Assembly: GCA_023334545.1 (NCBI GenBank)
Contig: JAADVB010000006.1
Span: 1 to 64,000 of the forward strand
DNA length: 64,000 nt
From: Salisapilia sapeloensis CBS 127946
Lineage: Eukaryota; Protista; Oomycota
Direction: 5' to 3'
The position numbers and the translations under genes are program-made. The notes under the pieces were generated by a model, which was given only the letters and a program-made list of their open reading frames with translations, was not told the DNA's origin and did no database searches. This document shows positions 33,969-44,928 of this stretch, in pieces. Numbering within the stretch: the first letter of the stretch is position 1; every line of letters begins with the position of its first letter.

Positions 33969-34929
33969 ATGTACTGTGATTTAGGTGTCCGAGCCGATGG
34001 ACGATGCTCCGTTCGAGAGCTAGAGCAACGTAGGATTTTGCTTTTGTGGAAAATATTACATTGGAGGCTGAATGTTTGGGTGAGAGTAGTCGGGTATGCT
34101 TGTGCGGCGGTGAATGTCACGTATGACAGTGGCGAGAAGCCAAAGGAGGTGTCTGCTGTGATACAAGCTATTGTATGCATGTGGAGTGTATTCATGGACG
34201 TTGTGTAGGCGGATCAAGTACAGCTATTCCATCAGAAAGGGCATGCAGGTCAGGCGGAGCACAAGCTGAAACAAGTGCGTCGGATCACACTTCGGATCGA
34301 TGACATGGCAGCTGCGCAGCAACTAGTGTGTGCATTACCAGAGAAAGCTACCGACATCCTTTTAACACGAATTTGTAGAATGCCTCTCCTGTCACTAAAG
34401 GCTACGACATCGTGGCTGTGGAGGCCGGTTCGCCCAAAGTCTTCCAGTACCTCTGCGAACAAGGAGAGATCGACCTCATCACCTTCGACTTGGCGTCGCG
34501 TCTTCCGTTCCAGCCCAAACATCCATGGGTATGTACTTCCTAAGACTCTTAATTGCAAGCATAACTAATCTCAGATCCTAGATCTGGGCAGCATTGCGTC
34601 GATCTATCCATTTTGAAGTTACATATGGTCCAGCGCTAGGCGATTCCTCCGGTCGTCGCTACTTTTTCGCGAATGCTTCCAATATCATTCGATTAACAGG
34701 AGGAAAGAACATTGTCTTGTCCAGTGGTGCCACGAGAGACATGACGCTTCGGTCTCCTTATGATGCGATCAACATCGGACTCTTGCTAGGCCTTAACTAC
34801 GGCCAAGCAGCGTCTGCAGTCTCCAGCGCCGGTGTGGCTGTCTTGGCAGGTGCTGAGAAACGAAGAGGTATCCGAGCAGGTGTCGTGATGGAAACGACGG
34901 AGGACGATGCAGACATGTCTGAATTATAG
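33969..34929 (+). CDS. RPP30: RNase P/MRP subunit p30 (PHP fold); multi-exon
   Basis: MYCDL..GYACAAVN; RRITLRIDD; YDIVAVE; DLITFDLASRLPF; IHFEVTYGPAL..RRYFFANA..GGKNIVLSSGA..LRSPYDAINIGLLLGL. Confidence 0.9.
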
Positions 34930-34965
34930 ACTCGAAAGTAGATATAAAAGCAGGCATGTATTTAA

Positions 34966-35547
34966 CTACTCCACATGATCTTCCAACGCTTCATCCATGA
35001 TAGTCTCCTCTGTGTCCTGTTCATCAGTGTCGACGACAGCGGACTCTTCTCCAGAGTCTTGCTTCTCCTCTGCGCTAGACATAGCAACATCCTCTTCGTT
35101 GTTATTTAAATCGTCAATTTGTTCTGCCTCAGCTGCTGCATCCTTTTTCTTTAATCTCTTGGCAGCAGCAGCGTCCTTTGTCTCTACTCATGACTATATC
35201 AGCGCTACTCCTATCGATTGATAGAATGGACGAAAACCTTTAATGCAAGTGTCAATGGCAGGGATAAAATGATCAAAGTCGACGTCACGTAGAGCTGCCA
35301 TCACGTCTTTAAGTGATATAGTCTGTCTCTTGCTTTGAGCGGCATTCTCTTGTGCACTGGAGTAGAAACGCATGAGCTATTAGTTCCTGTCACGAGCGTT
35401 TAAAGCGTACATGGAGGCAAGGTAGAGCGTGAACATGCTCGTGGCCGAGTTGAGCATCTGTCTCGCATCTTTCGTCAACGTAGCCTTCTCCGGCACAGCT
35501 CTCTTGACGGCCTTGGCCGTTAGCGTCGCTGGTAGCTCCTGCTCCAT
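34966..35547 (-). CDS. POLE3: Histone-fold protein (CBFD/NFYB family), DNA polymerase epsilon subunit 3 / CHRAC17-like; 3 exons
   Basis: ELPATLTAKAVKRAVP..LTKDARQML..ATSMFTLYL..AQENA..KRQTISLKDVMAALRDVDF..F, followed by an acidic tail. Confidence 0.7.
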
Positions 35548-35611
35548 CGTGTCCTGACGCAGTTTTGCCGCCAAAGCCCGCAGTATACTAAAGTCAAGTC
35601 AAAAAGCTCTG

Positions 35612-37362
35612 ATGGCCATCTCGGACGATGATCTGGAGGCATGCATACGAGTACTCGAGCACTTCCACGTCGATGGAGGTCTAGAAGAACTACAGCAGCC
35701 ACGCTACAAGCAACTCCGCAAAAGTCTACATCCGTTGCTGGAAGACTTGCGTCCGCGATTTTTCCACGGTCAGACACCGGATGCGATCGCCAGGAAGCAG
35801 GAGGCGAAGCGTCAGCGGAAGATCGAACGTGCTCGACAGAAGGCGTTAGATCAAAAGCATATTGACAATACCAAGCTACGCGCAGATCGGATTGCTAGGC
35901 TACAGGCATTGTCGATCGAAGACGGCGAAACGCCTCAAGTACCGGACGGCGTGAGCTCCACTCATTCCAAGTTACTGGAAAATGGAGATGCACCAGAGCT
36001 CCACTTCCACCGCTCTTGCTACACCTGCCATCGTCGATTCCGTCAGCTACATCAATTCTACGATAGCTTATGCACGGACTGCGCCAATCTAAATTACTTT
36101 AAGCGACTCCAGACGGCGGACTTGGCAGGACGCATCGCATTGGTGACAGGAGCTCGTGTGAAAATCGGGTACGAGATCGGACTCAAGCTCTTGCGAGCTG
36201 GCGCGACGGTGTTGGCGACGACTCGATTTCCGAAAGACGCAGCCAAGAGGTATGCTTCCGAAGAGGACTTTGAAGAGTGGAAGCATCGTCTACAAGTGCA
36301 TGGACTCGATTTTCGAGATTTAGGTAGTATCGATGAGTTGATGGCGTATGTCGAGAATACGTTCGGGTGTTTAGATATTGTGATTAATAACGCGACGCAA
36401 ACGGTCCGACGACCGACGCACTACTACTCGCATTTGATCGAAGGAGAGGCTTCTCCGTTCCCTCCTGCACTGCATCAAGCGGAAGATCTGGTGCAGACGA
36501 CGAGAACTTTGGTGACACAAGAGAATAACATTGCTTCCTCGGTAGCTATGTCTCAGATGAAGCTCTTGGAGGAAGATGAGCAGTCAGAGGAGACGGCAGC
36601 ATTGTTTCCGAAAGGAAAGTTAGATCATAATGCGCAGCAAATTGATTTACGGACGAATAACTCTTGGAAACTCAAGCTGGAAGAAGTCGATACGATGGGT
36701 ATGTCTATCGGACGAGAGAGTTTGCCACGTGGTACTGACGTTTATCTCTAGAACTAGTGGAAGTGTTTGCTGTGAATGCCATGGCTCCGTTCATACTAAA
36801 CAAACGAGCTATTCCACTGCTTGAAAAGGTTTGTGGCAAGTAGATACGTTAGCAAGATGGTTCTAATGTCTGTGTACTAGAGCTCCTATGAGCAACGCTT
36901 CATTGTGAACGTTAGTGCGATGGAAGGCAAGTTCTCCAGGTACGTTGCCAGCCTCTTCATCCACATATTCATCTGTACTAATGCTATTGTAGATACAAGA
37001 CACCACATCATCCGCATACGAATATGGCAAAGGCGGCGGTCAATATGATGACCAAGTCGAGTGCGGAGGATTTGAGCAAGAGAGGCATCTACATGACGTC
37101 TGTGGATACAGGCTGGATTAATGACGAGAATCCAAGAAATGTGGCTGCCGAGATCGCTGCCAAACACAACTTCCAGGTAGATTTCCATGTTTCCACAAGT
37201 GGAAAACAAGATACTAATTCTTGCATGCAGACACCTCTGGACGAAGTGGATGCTGCTGCGAGGGTCCTGGATCCCATCTTCATGTTGCATCAAAAGGACC
37301 ATGCTGGCACGAAACCTCTTTACGGTGTCTTCCTCAAGGACTATGACATCTGCGAATGGTAG
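35612..37362 (+). CDS. Short-chain dehydrogenase/reductase with N-terminal extension and Cys4 module; multi-exon
   Basis: ALVTGARVKIGYEIGLKLLRAGA, LDFRD, LDIVINNATQT, FIVNVSAMEGKF, catalytic HPHTNMAKAAVNM, SVDTGWI, PLDEVDAAARVLDPI. Upstream RSCYTC..LCTDC. Confidence 0.88.
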
Positions 37363-37500
37363 ATAAGACAAATCGACAGCAATTCCTTCCTTTATAGCTC
37401 TTTTGATCTACAACCTAGGATAGAACCTGTATTCTTTAATATCTCGATCTCTTTATCGATTGCAGGAACACTCGACGGCCCGACCGACGGCGGCACCAGG

Positions 37501-38517
37501 ATGAACGCCCAGCGGAAGATGACGCCCAAGGGGCAGATGAGCGGCAGTGGCATGGGTCCAGCCATCACTCATCTGCCCATGCACCTCAAGATGCTCTTTG
37601 AGCCGAATCCGCCGCTCGAGTTTAGACCCAAGCCAACGAAGCGCAAGATGCCACCGTACTCTGGTCTCCATGCTTTTGCCTCGGAAGTTGATCTGCTTTT
37701 CAATTTTGCTTGTACCTTTTGCACTAATGCTGGATACTAGTTTGAGCAGGGGCCACCGCCGAAGCGTGTGGTGCATGAGACGCCAAAGGAGCTCAAGGAG
37801 AAGGCACGTAAAGAGCGGATGGAGGCGAATGATCAGCAAATGTTAAAGCAGTTCGCACAATGTACTTGCTACAGTTCATAGGATGGTAGTAGATGATAGC
37901 TAAGAGTCGATATAGGGAATCCGTCAGCGGATGACGGGAAGATGAAGACGGAGGACGCATACAAGACGCTCTTTGTCGGTCGCATCAGCTACGAGACGAC
38001 GGAAAAGCAGCTACGTTACGCCTTCGAAAAGTATGGTCCAGTGAAGAACGTCCGGTTAGTCGAGGATCCCGATGGCAAGTCAAGGGGCTATGGGTTCGTC
38101 GAGTACGAGAACGAGGCGGACATGAAAACAGCGTACAAACAGGCAGACGGTCAGAAAATCGATGGCCGGCGTGTCGTCGTGGACGTCGAGCGTGGTCGGA
38201 CAGTGCGTGACTGGAAACCTCGCAAGTTTGGCGGCGGAATTGGAGACACACGCAAAGGGGGACCGGATGTGAATGTCAAGTACTCTGGACGAGAAGCGAT
38301 TGGTGACTTACGTGTTGCGTCCATGCGCGACCGAAGTGAGCCTCGAAGCTCCGCTCGAGGCGGACGTAGTCGTAGTCGCAGTCGAGAACGAGGGTCTAGA
38401 CGCACAAGCGATCGGCGTGAGCGTCGAAAGTCGCGATCGCGCTCGCGTCCTCGTCCGAGAGAACGGGACCGAGACCGTGATCGGCGTCGAGAGACGAAAT
38501 ACGGTCCAAGGAGGTAA
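37501..38517 (+). CDS. SNRNP70: U1 snRNP 70 kDa protein; 3 exons
   Basis: [15 protein letters not shown]; [17 protein letters not shown]; [10 protein letters not shown]; [26 protein letters not shown]; RS/RD tail. Confidence 0.97.
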
Positions 38518-38558
38518 ACGAAAAGAATATAACAAGGAAAGGTGTCTTTGTTGCTTGC

Positions 38559-39761
38559 CTACACCATGTTTTCTAGTACAAGTGCGATACCTTGTCCACC
38601 ACCGATGCAGGCGGATCCGACGGCATATCTCTTTTGGTTACGTTGTAGAGCGTGCGTGAGATGCGCTGTGATGCGGCTTCCAGACGCACCTAGTGGGTGT
38701 CCGAGCGAGATGGCTCCACCCGCCAAGTTCGTCTTGTCCATGTCTAGTCCGAGTTCTTTGACGCACGAAAGGAATTGAGGAGCGAACGCTTCGTTGATGT
38801 CAAAGATGTCGATATCGTCCTTAGACAGTCCTGCCTTCTTCAAAGCGCCTTGGATCGCTGGCACGGGACCGATACCCATGATCGTCGGGTCAACTCCAGC
38901 CATGTGATACCCGGCGAGTCGAGCTAGAGGCGTGAGGTTATGCTTCTTCACAGCTTCTTCCGATGCCAAGAGGATGGCACCAGCGCCATCCGAAATACCA
39001 GATGCATTGGCTGCCGTGACGACGCCATCCTTTTTGAAGACAGGTTTCATCGTCGACAGCTTGTCCAGCGTCACTTGGCGCGGACCTTCATCGGCTGACA
39101 TGGTCTCGGTCTTCTTCCCTTTACGCACTTCCAATGGAGCCATTTCGGCATCAAAGTATCCCGATGAGTTTGCCTGAGCACAGAGGTTTTGACTACGAAC
39201 AGCGTATTCATCACATTCCTCTCGGGTGATGCCGTACTTCTCCGCGAGATTTTCAGCCGTGACACCCATGGGCGTCTTTGCATGCGAGTCTGTGAGTGCA
39301 GCCCACAGCGTGTCCTGGAGGTCTAGTCCGGCACCGAGGTTCACGCCAAAGCGAGCCTTGTTTCCATAAACTGCGAGAGGAGCCATGCTCATGTTCTCAG
39401 CGCCGCCACAGAGCGCTACACTGGCTTCCCCGAGCTGGATCTCCTGTGCACCGTTCACGACGGACTGGAAGCCGCTGCCGCAGAGTCGGTTAACCGTCAA
39501 CGCAGGCACTTCCATCGGAACGCCAGCTTTAAGCTGCACGTGGCGAGCAATATAAGCGCCGTCCGCAGACGTCTGCGAGACGTTGCCGACGAAAACCGTG
39601 TCAATGATCGACGGGTCGATCTTGCCTGCTGCCAGCGCTGCGTTGGTCGCTTCGAGACATAATTCCGTCGCCGAGCGGTCCTTGAGTGCGCCACCAAAGG
39701 CCCCAAAGGGCGTCCTCTTCGCCGCGACGATGTAAATCTGCTTGCCTGCCGTATTGAGCAT
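38559..39761 (-). CDS. ACAA2: 3-ketoacyl-CoA thiolase, mitochondrial type, intronless
   Basis: IVAAKRTPFG; NRLCGSG (catalytic Cys); NASGISDGA; INEAFA; GGAISLGHPLGASG; ACIGGGQG. Confidence 0.95.
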   Translation of the reverse strand: MLNTAGKQIYIVAAKRTPFGAFGGALKDRSATELCLEATNAALAAGKIDPSIIDTVFVGNVSQTSADGAYIARHVQLKAGVPMEVPALTVNRLCGSGFQSVVNGAQEIQLGEASVALCGGAENMSMAPLAVYGNKARFGVNLGAGLDLQDTLWAALTDSHAKTPMGVTAENLAEKYGITREECDEYAVRSQNLCAQANSSGYFDAEMAPLEVRKGKKTETMSADEGPRQVTLDKLSTMKPVFKKDGVVTAANASGISDGAGAILLASEEAVKKHNLTPLARLAGYHMAGVDPTIMGIGPVPAIQGALKKAGLSKDDIDIFDINEAFAPQFLSCVKELGLDMDKTNLAGGAISLGHPLGASGSRITAHLTHALQRNQKRYAVGSACIGGGQGIALVLENMV

Positions 39762-40057
39762 TTTGTCTAATGATAGAAACGAGATCCTGATCTCCTATCT
39801 CGACGGAACGACCGGAATTTCAACGTGAAGAGCTTCAAGCTTGGATCTTGGAGAGGTAAAGATAGACAAAGATGAGGTTACATGCGAGTATACTACGTAG
39901 ACTCTTATCTACGAATGATGCATGTACTAGATCTACCGAAGAAACATGTATGTACTATTATTATTTTAATATAATATGAAATTGAAAATAATATGGTAGT
40001 TGTTGGTAGACTTATTTTGGAGAAATATGCTTATCAGCTGAACTAGGGTGTATTTAT

Positions 40058-41787
40058 TTAATGCTTGCGTGGCATCTCTACATCCTGCGGTCTCGTTACA
40101 AGTTGCCTGCCACCTAGCACTGGCTTCAAGTACGTTTCGTCAATCCGTTTCCACCACGCGTGGATGCCACTTGGTGGTGGTCGGCGTGCGTGATGCTCGT
40201 CGTCCGGATCATCATCAACTTCTTGCGTTTCATCCATTAAACTTTGCTCCTCATCATCCTTGTCGTCCTCAGCTTCCTCTCCACTGCCAGCGAGATTAAA
40301 GTAGCGCAGTACAGGACTCGTGCACATGCCAAAGACGAGCGTCGTGAACATGACAGTGAACAGCGTCGTGCTCTGGATGACACCCGAGTGGGTCACGTCT
40401 GGTGTCCACACATTCAGCGCAAGTGCAAAGGCAATAGCGCCTCGCAGTCCAGCGAACCAGATGACCGTCATGTGGCTCATGGGGATCTTGTCACTACGAC
40501 CGACATTGGCAAGTGCACACAACGGGAAGGTATTACAGAGTCTAGCGAGGAGACAAGCGACTAGATTTACTAGGATGAGTGGCCAGTCCCACGTAAAGTA
40601 GCTCGAGTACGCGACGACGCTCATGCCGAGGTAGATGAAGATGAAGTTGTCGGCGATGAAAGCTGCTGTAGTGAGCAGATGACGGAGTGCCGTGGCGCTT
40701 TCGTCTGCAATGTTATAGAGATGGTAGTGGCTCATGAGCACACCAGAGCAGAAGAGCGCGACAATGCCACTGAGACCAGCCAAGTCCGCTGCAACGTAGC
40801 TCAAGTAGGCAGAGAGGAGGATGATGGAGATTTCGTAGGACGGATACTCACGTAGCACTGGATCTGCGTGCTTTAACAAGAAGGCGGATAGACTGCAGAT
40901 GACAGCAGCAAGACCAACGGATCCGACAGCAATGCCAAGAACCTGTAACACGACTACACTGGCGTCATGTAGCGTGACGTCTTCAATGTCTTGTCGTATG
41001 AGCTGTTGGAAGAGTGAAAAAGCAACGATAGCTACGCCGTCATTGAGCATGCTCTCACCGAAAACGAGGTTGAACAGCATCGGAGGCGCGCCTATTTTCT
41101 TGAACACTGAGAGCGTCGCGACAGGATCAATGGCCGAGATGAGTGCGCCGTACAAGTACGCTTCGGCAGCAGTGAGCTTGGTTACCCACCCTAATTGTCC
41201 GAACCAGAGTAGGATGCCTCCAGTCACGAACATGGCGATGAGTGTACCAGCAATGGCGAGGAGGAGAATCGTGAAGAAATTGGAAAAGAATCCTCGCTTC
41301 TTCATACTAAAGCCAGCCTCTAGGATGATCGGTGGCAAGAGTCTAGATGCATGCATGTGATACGTTGATATGGGCGGATTGTTAAAGTATATACATACGC
41401 ATGGAAGAGAAACTGAGGGTTCATGCCGTTCTTGAGCGATTGCTACATGGTGTTTTCGTTACAAGACATTTCGGTCGATTTGATACGACGAGCTTACAAT
41501 AGGCGAGAAGAAGCGGACGACACAGCCAAACTAGATGCACTAGAATCGTCAGACACATATGCATCGTTTGAACAATATCGCAGACATACCAGGACGCCGA
41601 AGAACATGGCGTAGGCCGACTCGGAGACGAGTGCTGGGGTCGTCGCTCGATCTAGACGATAGGCAACAACGACGAGGACGAGTTGCAAGCTAGCAATGAC
41701 AAAGAGCTCAATATTGGCCCAGTCCGCCTCGCCTTCATCCATAGCGGCAGCCGGCGCTGCCGCTGGTAGTCCTGCCTCCAGTGCCAT
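40058..41787 (-). CDS. NHX: Na+(K+)/H+ exchanger, CPA1/NHX (endosomal-type); 4 exons
   Basis: VSESAYAMFFG; LLPPIILEAGF; FFSNFFTIL; GALISAIDPVATL; LVFGESMLNDGVAIV; LSGIVALFCSG; AGLRGAIAFALA. Confidence 0.93.
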
Positions 41788-41819
41788 TTTGATAGTAAAA
41801 ATCTATTTTAGAGAATAGC

Positions 41820-42995
41820 ATGCATTTGGAGGCTGGCGTACCGCTGACGGAGGAGGATGACAGGGGATTAAGGAAGAGCTGGACGTCCGAGGTGGCGAGG
41901 GCAGGCAATCCTGCTGTGTGGAGAAGTCATGCGCCGAAATACGCACGTATGGCAGCGATAATCGTTGCGACGATCCTACTCTTGGTAGCAGGATCGATGC
42001 TATTAGGCGTGCGTCCTCTTGCAAGCTCAAGTACGATCGATAAACAACCACCAGGTATCCGTGGGAAGATCCAGGAAGACCACTTTCCTCCACAGACCAA
42101 CTTCCTTGTCATGGGAGACTACGGCACGGGCGATGAAAGTCAGAAAAAGGTCGCCAAGGCGTTGATGACAGTCGCGAGTGAGCTGGATCCAGCTCCTGCA
42201 TTCGTGCTGTCTACAGGAGACCAAATCTATCCGTCTGGCTTCCTTGATCCAAAGGATCCTGTGCTATCCGAACGCTTTGAACAAATGTATGACTCGCCAG
42301 CGCTGGATATCCCGTGGTATATCACCATTGGAAATCATGATTGTGAAGGAAGTATCAATGCAATGCTCCAATACGCTCGTACAGACACATCCAAGTGGCA
42401 TTTCCCAAAGCGTTATTACTCTGTCGATCATCCCGTGGCGCCCAAGACGATCCTCCGTATGATCGTTCTGGATGAATGTGACCTCGTCTGTGGGCAACAG
42501 CCTCGCAACGACCGATGCACCGAGAACATGAATGATAAGACTTCTCCATCTACGAGATTGCAGCAGTACCGATGGCTGGAACAGGTCTTAGAGAGTCCCA
42601 AACCGTTCGGCGTCGACCGCATGTGGACAGTCGTTGTGGGTCATTGGGGTGTCTACAGCTACGCTGGTAACGGCCCTACATCTGAATTGATACAGAATCT
42701 AGACCCACTGCTGCAAAAGTACCATGTGCATGCCTACTTTAGTGGCCATGACCACTGTATGCAGCACATGCGGCGGATTGGAGACGATAAATGGGCTCGA
42801 AATTTCTTTGTCTCTGGTGCTGGAGGCTACGAACTACATGATCTAGAGCCCAAGGCCCGTGGGAATGCCGATTTGGTGCATGCAGCCATGACCCATGGCT
42901 TCATGTCCGTGTCCGTGACGACAGACACGTTCCGCGTGCAGTTCATGGAGCACACTGGCGAGATCTTGTACACGACTGAAGTTGCATACGATTAG
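41820..42995 (+). CDS. Purple / tartrate-resistant acid phosphatase with N-terminal membrane anchor, intronless
   Basis: All five metal-binding motifs are present: GDYG, GDQIY, GNHD, VVGH, GHDH. Hydrophobic segment AAIIVATILLLVAGSMLLGV at about aa 45-65. Confidence 0.92.
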   Translation: MHLEAGVPLTEEDDRGLRKSWTSEVARAGNPAVWRSHAPKYARMAAIIVATILLLVAGSMLLGVRPLASSSTIDKQPPGIRGKIQEDHFPPQTNFLVMGDYGTGDESQKKVAKALMTVASELDPAPAFVLSTGDQIYPSGFLDPKDPVLSERFEQMYDSPALDIPWYITIGNHDCEGSINAMLQYARTDTSKWHFPKRYYSVDHPVAPKTILRMIVLDECDLVCGQQPRNDRCTENMNDKTSPSTRLQQYRWLEQVLESPKPFGVDRMWTVVVGHWGVYSYAGNGPTSELIQNLDPLLQKYHVHAYFSGHDHCMQHMRRIGDDKWARNFFVSGAGGYELHDLEPKARGNADLVHAAMTHGFMSVSVTTDTFRVQFMEHTGEILYTTEVAYD

Positions 42996-43054
42996 ATAAG
43001 TAGATGAACGAGTCATTCAGACACGAGTGGGCTTTTATTTCGTTTTTGTCCTCG

Positions 43055-43582
43055 TCAAGACGGTGGACTTTTCTTTAAAGTGAACCAACTAATCTCCTTC
43101 TCTTTGCTAAGCCACAAGACAAGTTGATCTGGCTTGCGTTTCTTGATGATCGCATCCGAGATCTCGTCGTAAAGTTCTAGTGACAGCACTTTGGTCTTGC
43201 CATTATAATGGCGAATACGTAGATTGATGGACGAGGCAGTCCATTCCAACTCGGTGTCGTCCTCTGGGTGGCTACCAATGCCTTCCAGGCTTACGTACAC
43301 TGTCACACGCTTTTTGCCATCGGACCAAGCGTATGTTGTGATTGCCTCTGTTGGTTCCGGAGCACTAGCAACGTCTAGAGCTTGCGTCTTTAGTAGTCGT
43401 GGCTCTGGCTTTTGATCCCATTCGTGGATCTCGACGCCCTCTCGTACGCGATGAGCATAGTAGTATGAATTCTTGCCTCTATGACAGTCATGTTAGGGTA
43501 GATATCGAGTTACGTGGAGTGAGGTAGTCTACCTCTTGCGGATATTGTCATGAAGTGCCGAGTCGTCACCTGCTTCCGACAT
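43055..43582 (-). CDS. Small CS-domain (p23/CACYBP-like) co-chaperone; one intron
   Basis: Spliced MSEAGDDSALHDNIRKRGKNSYYYAH...ITTYAWSDGKKRVTVYVSLEG..LSLELYDEI..LVLWLSK..W..LK. Confidence 0.8.
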
Positions 43583-43732
43583 CTTGCTAGCTTCTTGCGA
43601 AATGTACCACTATCGTGCTTGGAGTGTACCATTCGGACGGAGTATGCCGGCCAAGGGAGCTCGTCGACGGCTTCCGGACACCAACCAAGCTTCTGCTGGC
43701 GTAGATATCGATACATAGTGGAGTCGAGTAAG

Positions 43733-44567
43733 ATGAGTCGATGTAAAGCACTTGGTGTTATCCCTGCTCGACTTGGATCAACTCGGTTACCACGCAAACC
43801 TTTGCTCGAGATCGATGGTCGGCCGATGATAGAGCACACATTTCGAGCGGCGAAGCGGGCACAGTCACTCAGTGATGTACTCGTTGCTAGTGATAGTCAA
43901 GAGATATTGGATGTCATTCGTAAGGCTGGTGGAAAGACAGCGCGGACATCCAGTGAGTGTCCAACGGGCACTGACCGCGTTGTTCAAGCTGTACGAGCCT
44001 TGAAAACTGATGACGAGTACGACATTATTGTCAACATTCAAGGAGATGAGCCTGGAGTTAATCCAGAGCATATTGATCAGTGTGTGGAAGCTTTGCGTAC
44101 AGCACAGCCGAACGTCGTCATGAGCACATTGGCCACGCCCGTTTCGAATGAAGAAGATGCGTACAGTCGAGACGTAGTGAAATGCGTACTGAACGACGAG
44201 AGGTACCTTTGGTCTTCTACCTTCATATCGAACAAACGCTTATATTAAACTCTTATTTCTTATATACGAGGATAGCAACGCCATCTACTTTTCTCGCGCT
44301 TTAATCCCACATTCCAAAGACGGAAGCTATCAACCAAATCAGGTTACGTACTTACGGCACGTCGGATTGTATGCGTTTCGAAAAGAGTTTTTGTTGGCAT
44401 ACCCGTCTCTACCAACGTCACCTTTGGAAAGGATGGAAGAGTTGGAACAACTACGAGTGCTATCTGCTGGGTATGTGATTAAGGTCATCCAAGTCGAGTC
44501 GACATTGCCTGGCATTGACACCGAGCACGACTTGGCAACATTTACATCACTATGGCCGCGACCGTAA
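43733..44567 (+). CDS. kdsB: 3-deoxy-manno-octulosonate cytidylyltransferase (CMP-Kdo synthetase); one intron 44203-44275
   Basis: IPARLGSTRLPRKPL, VNIQGDEP, AIYFSRALIP, RHVGLYAFR, PLERMEELEQLRVLSAG, GIDTEHDL. The intron removes an in-frame stop and restores DE|SNAIYFSR. Confidence 0.92.
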
Positions 44568-44928
44568 CTCGAGTATTGTTCTAGTAGAAGAAAAAAGTTT
44601 GTACGTGCATGCTATTTGCAGCTTCTTTCTTTCTGGTGAACCCAATGACGATAATAAACATCGGAACATATACAAAAGGATGTACAACGATTTCCTTTGT
44701 CTATAGCTTCTATCTTCCGTAATGGAAGTATAATGTACTGACCACTCACTGATCCAATATCAACCAGATGGAGGTAGATCATTGCTATACGGCATGCAGT
44801 AGAAGGATAGAATGGAGAGAGCTGGAGTACGTCAGATGAGGGAAGACATGACGAGAGACATCACGTTTCGCGACCTCACTTTTTAACTTTCTTCATCGAT
44901 CGCTTGACACATCTAGTGAGTCATCAGG

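Noticed and set aside
33358-33984. 208-aa ORF antisense to RPS15
   Set aside because: Typical antisense open frame of a strongly codon-biased, highly expressed gene.
43550-43732. 61-aa in-frame N-terminal extension of KdsB as a targeting peptide
   Set aside because: It overlaps the first exon of the divergent CS gene (ATG 43582); homology begins at Met 43733.
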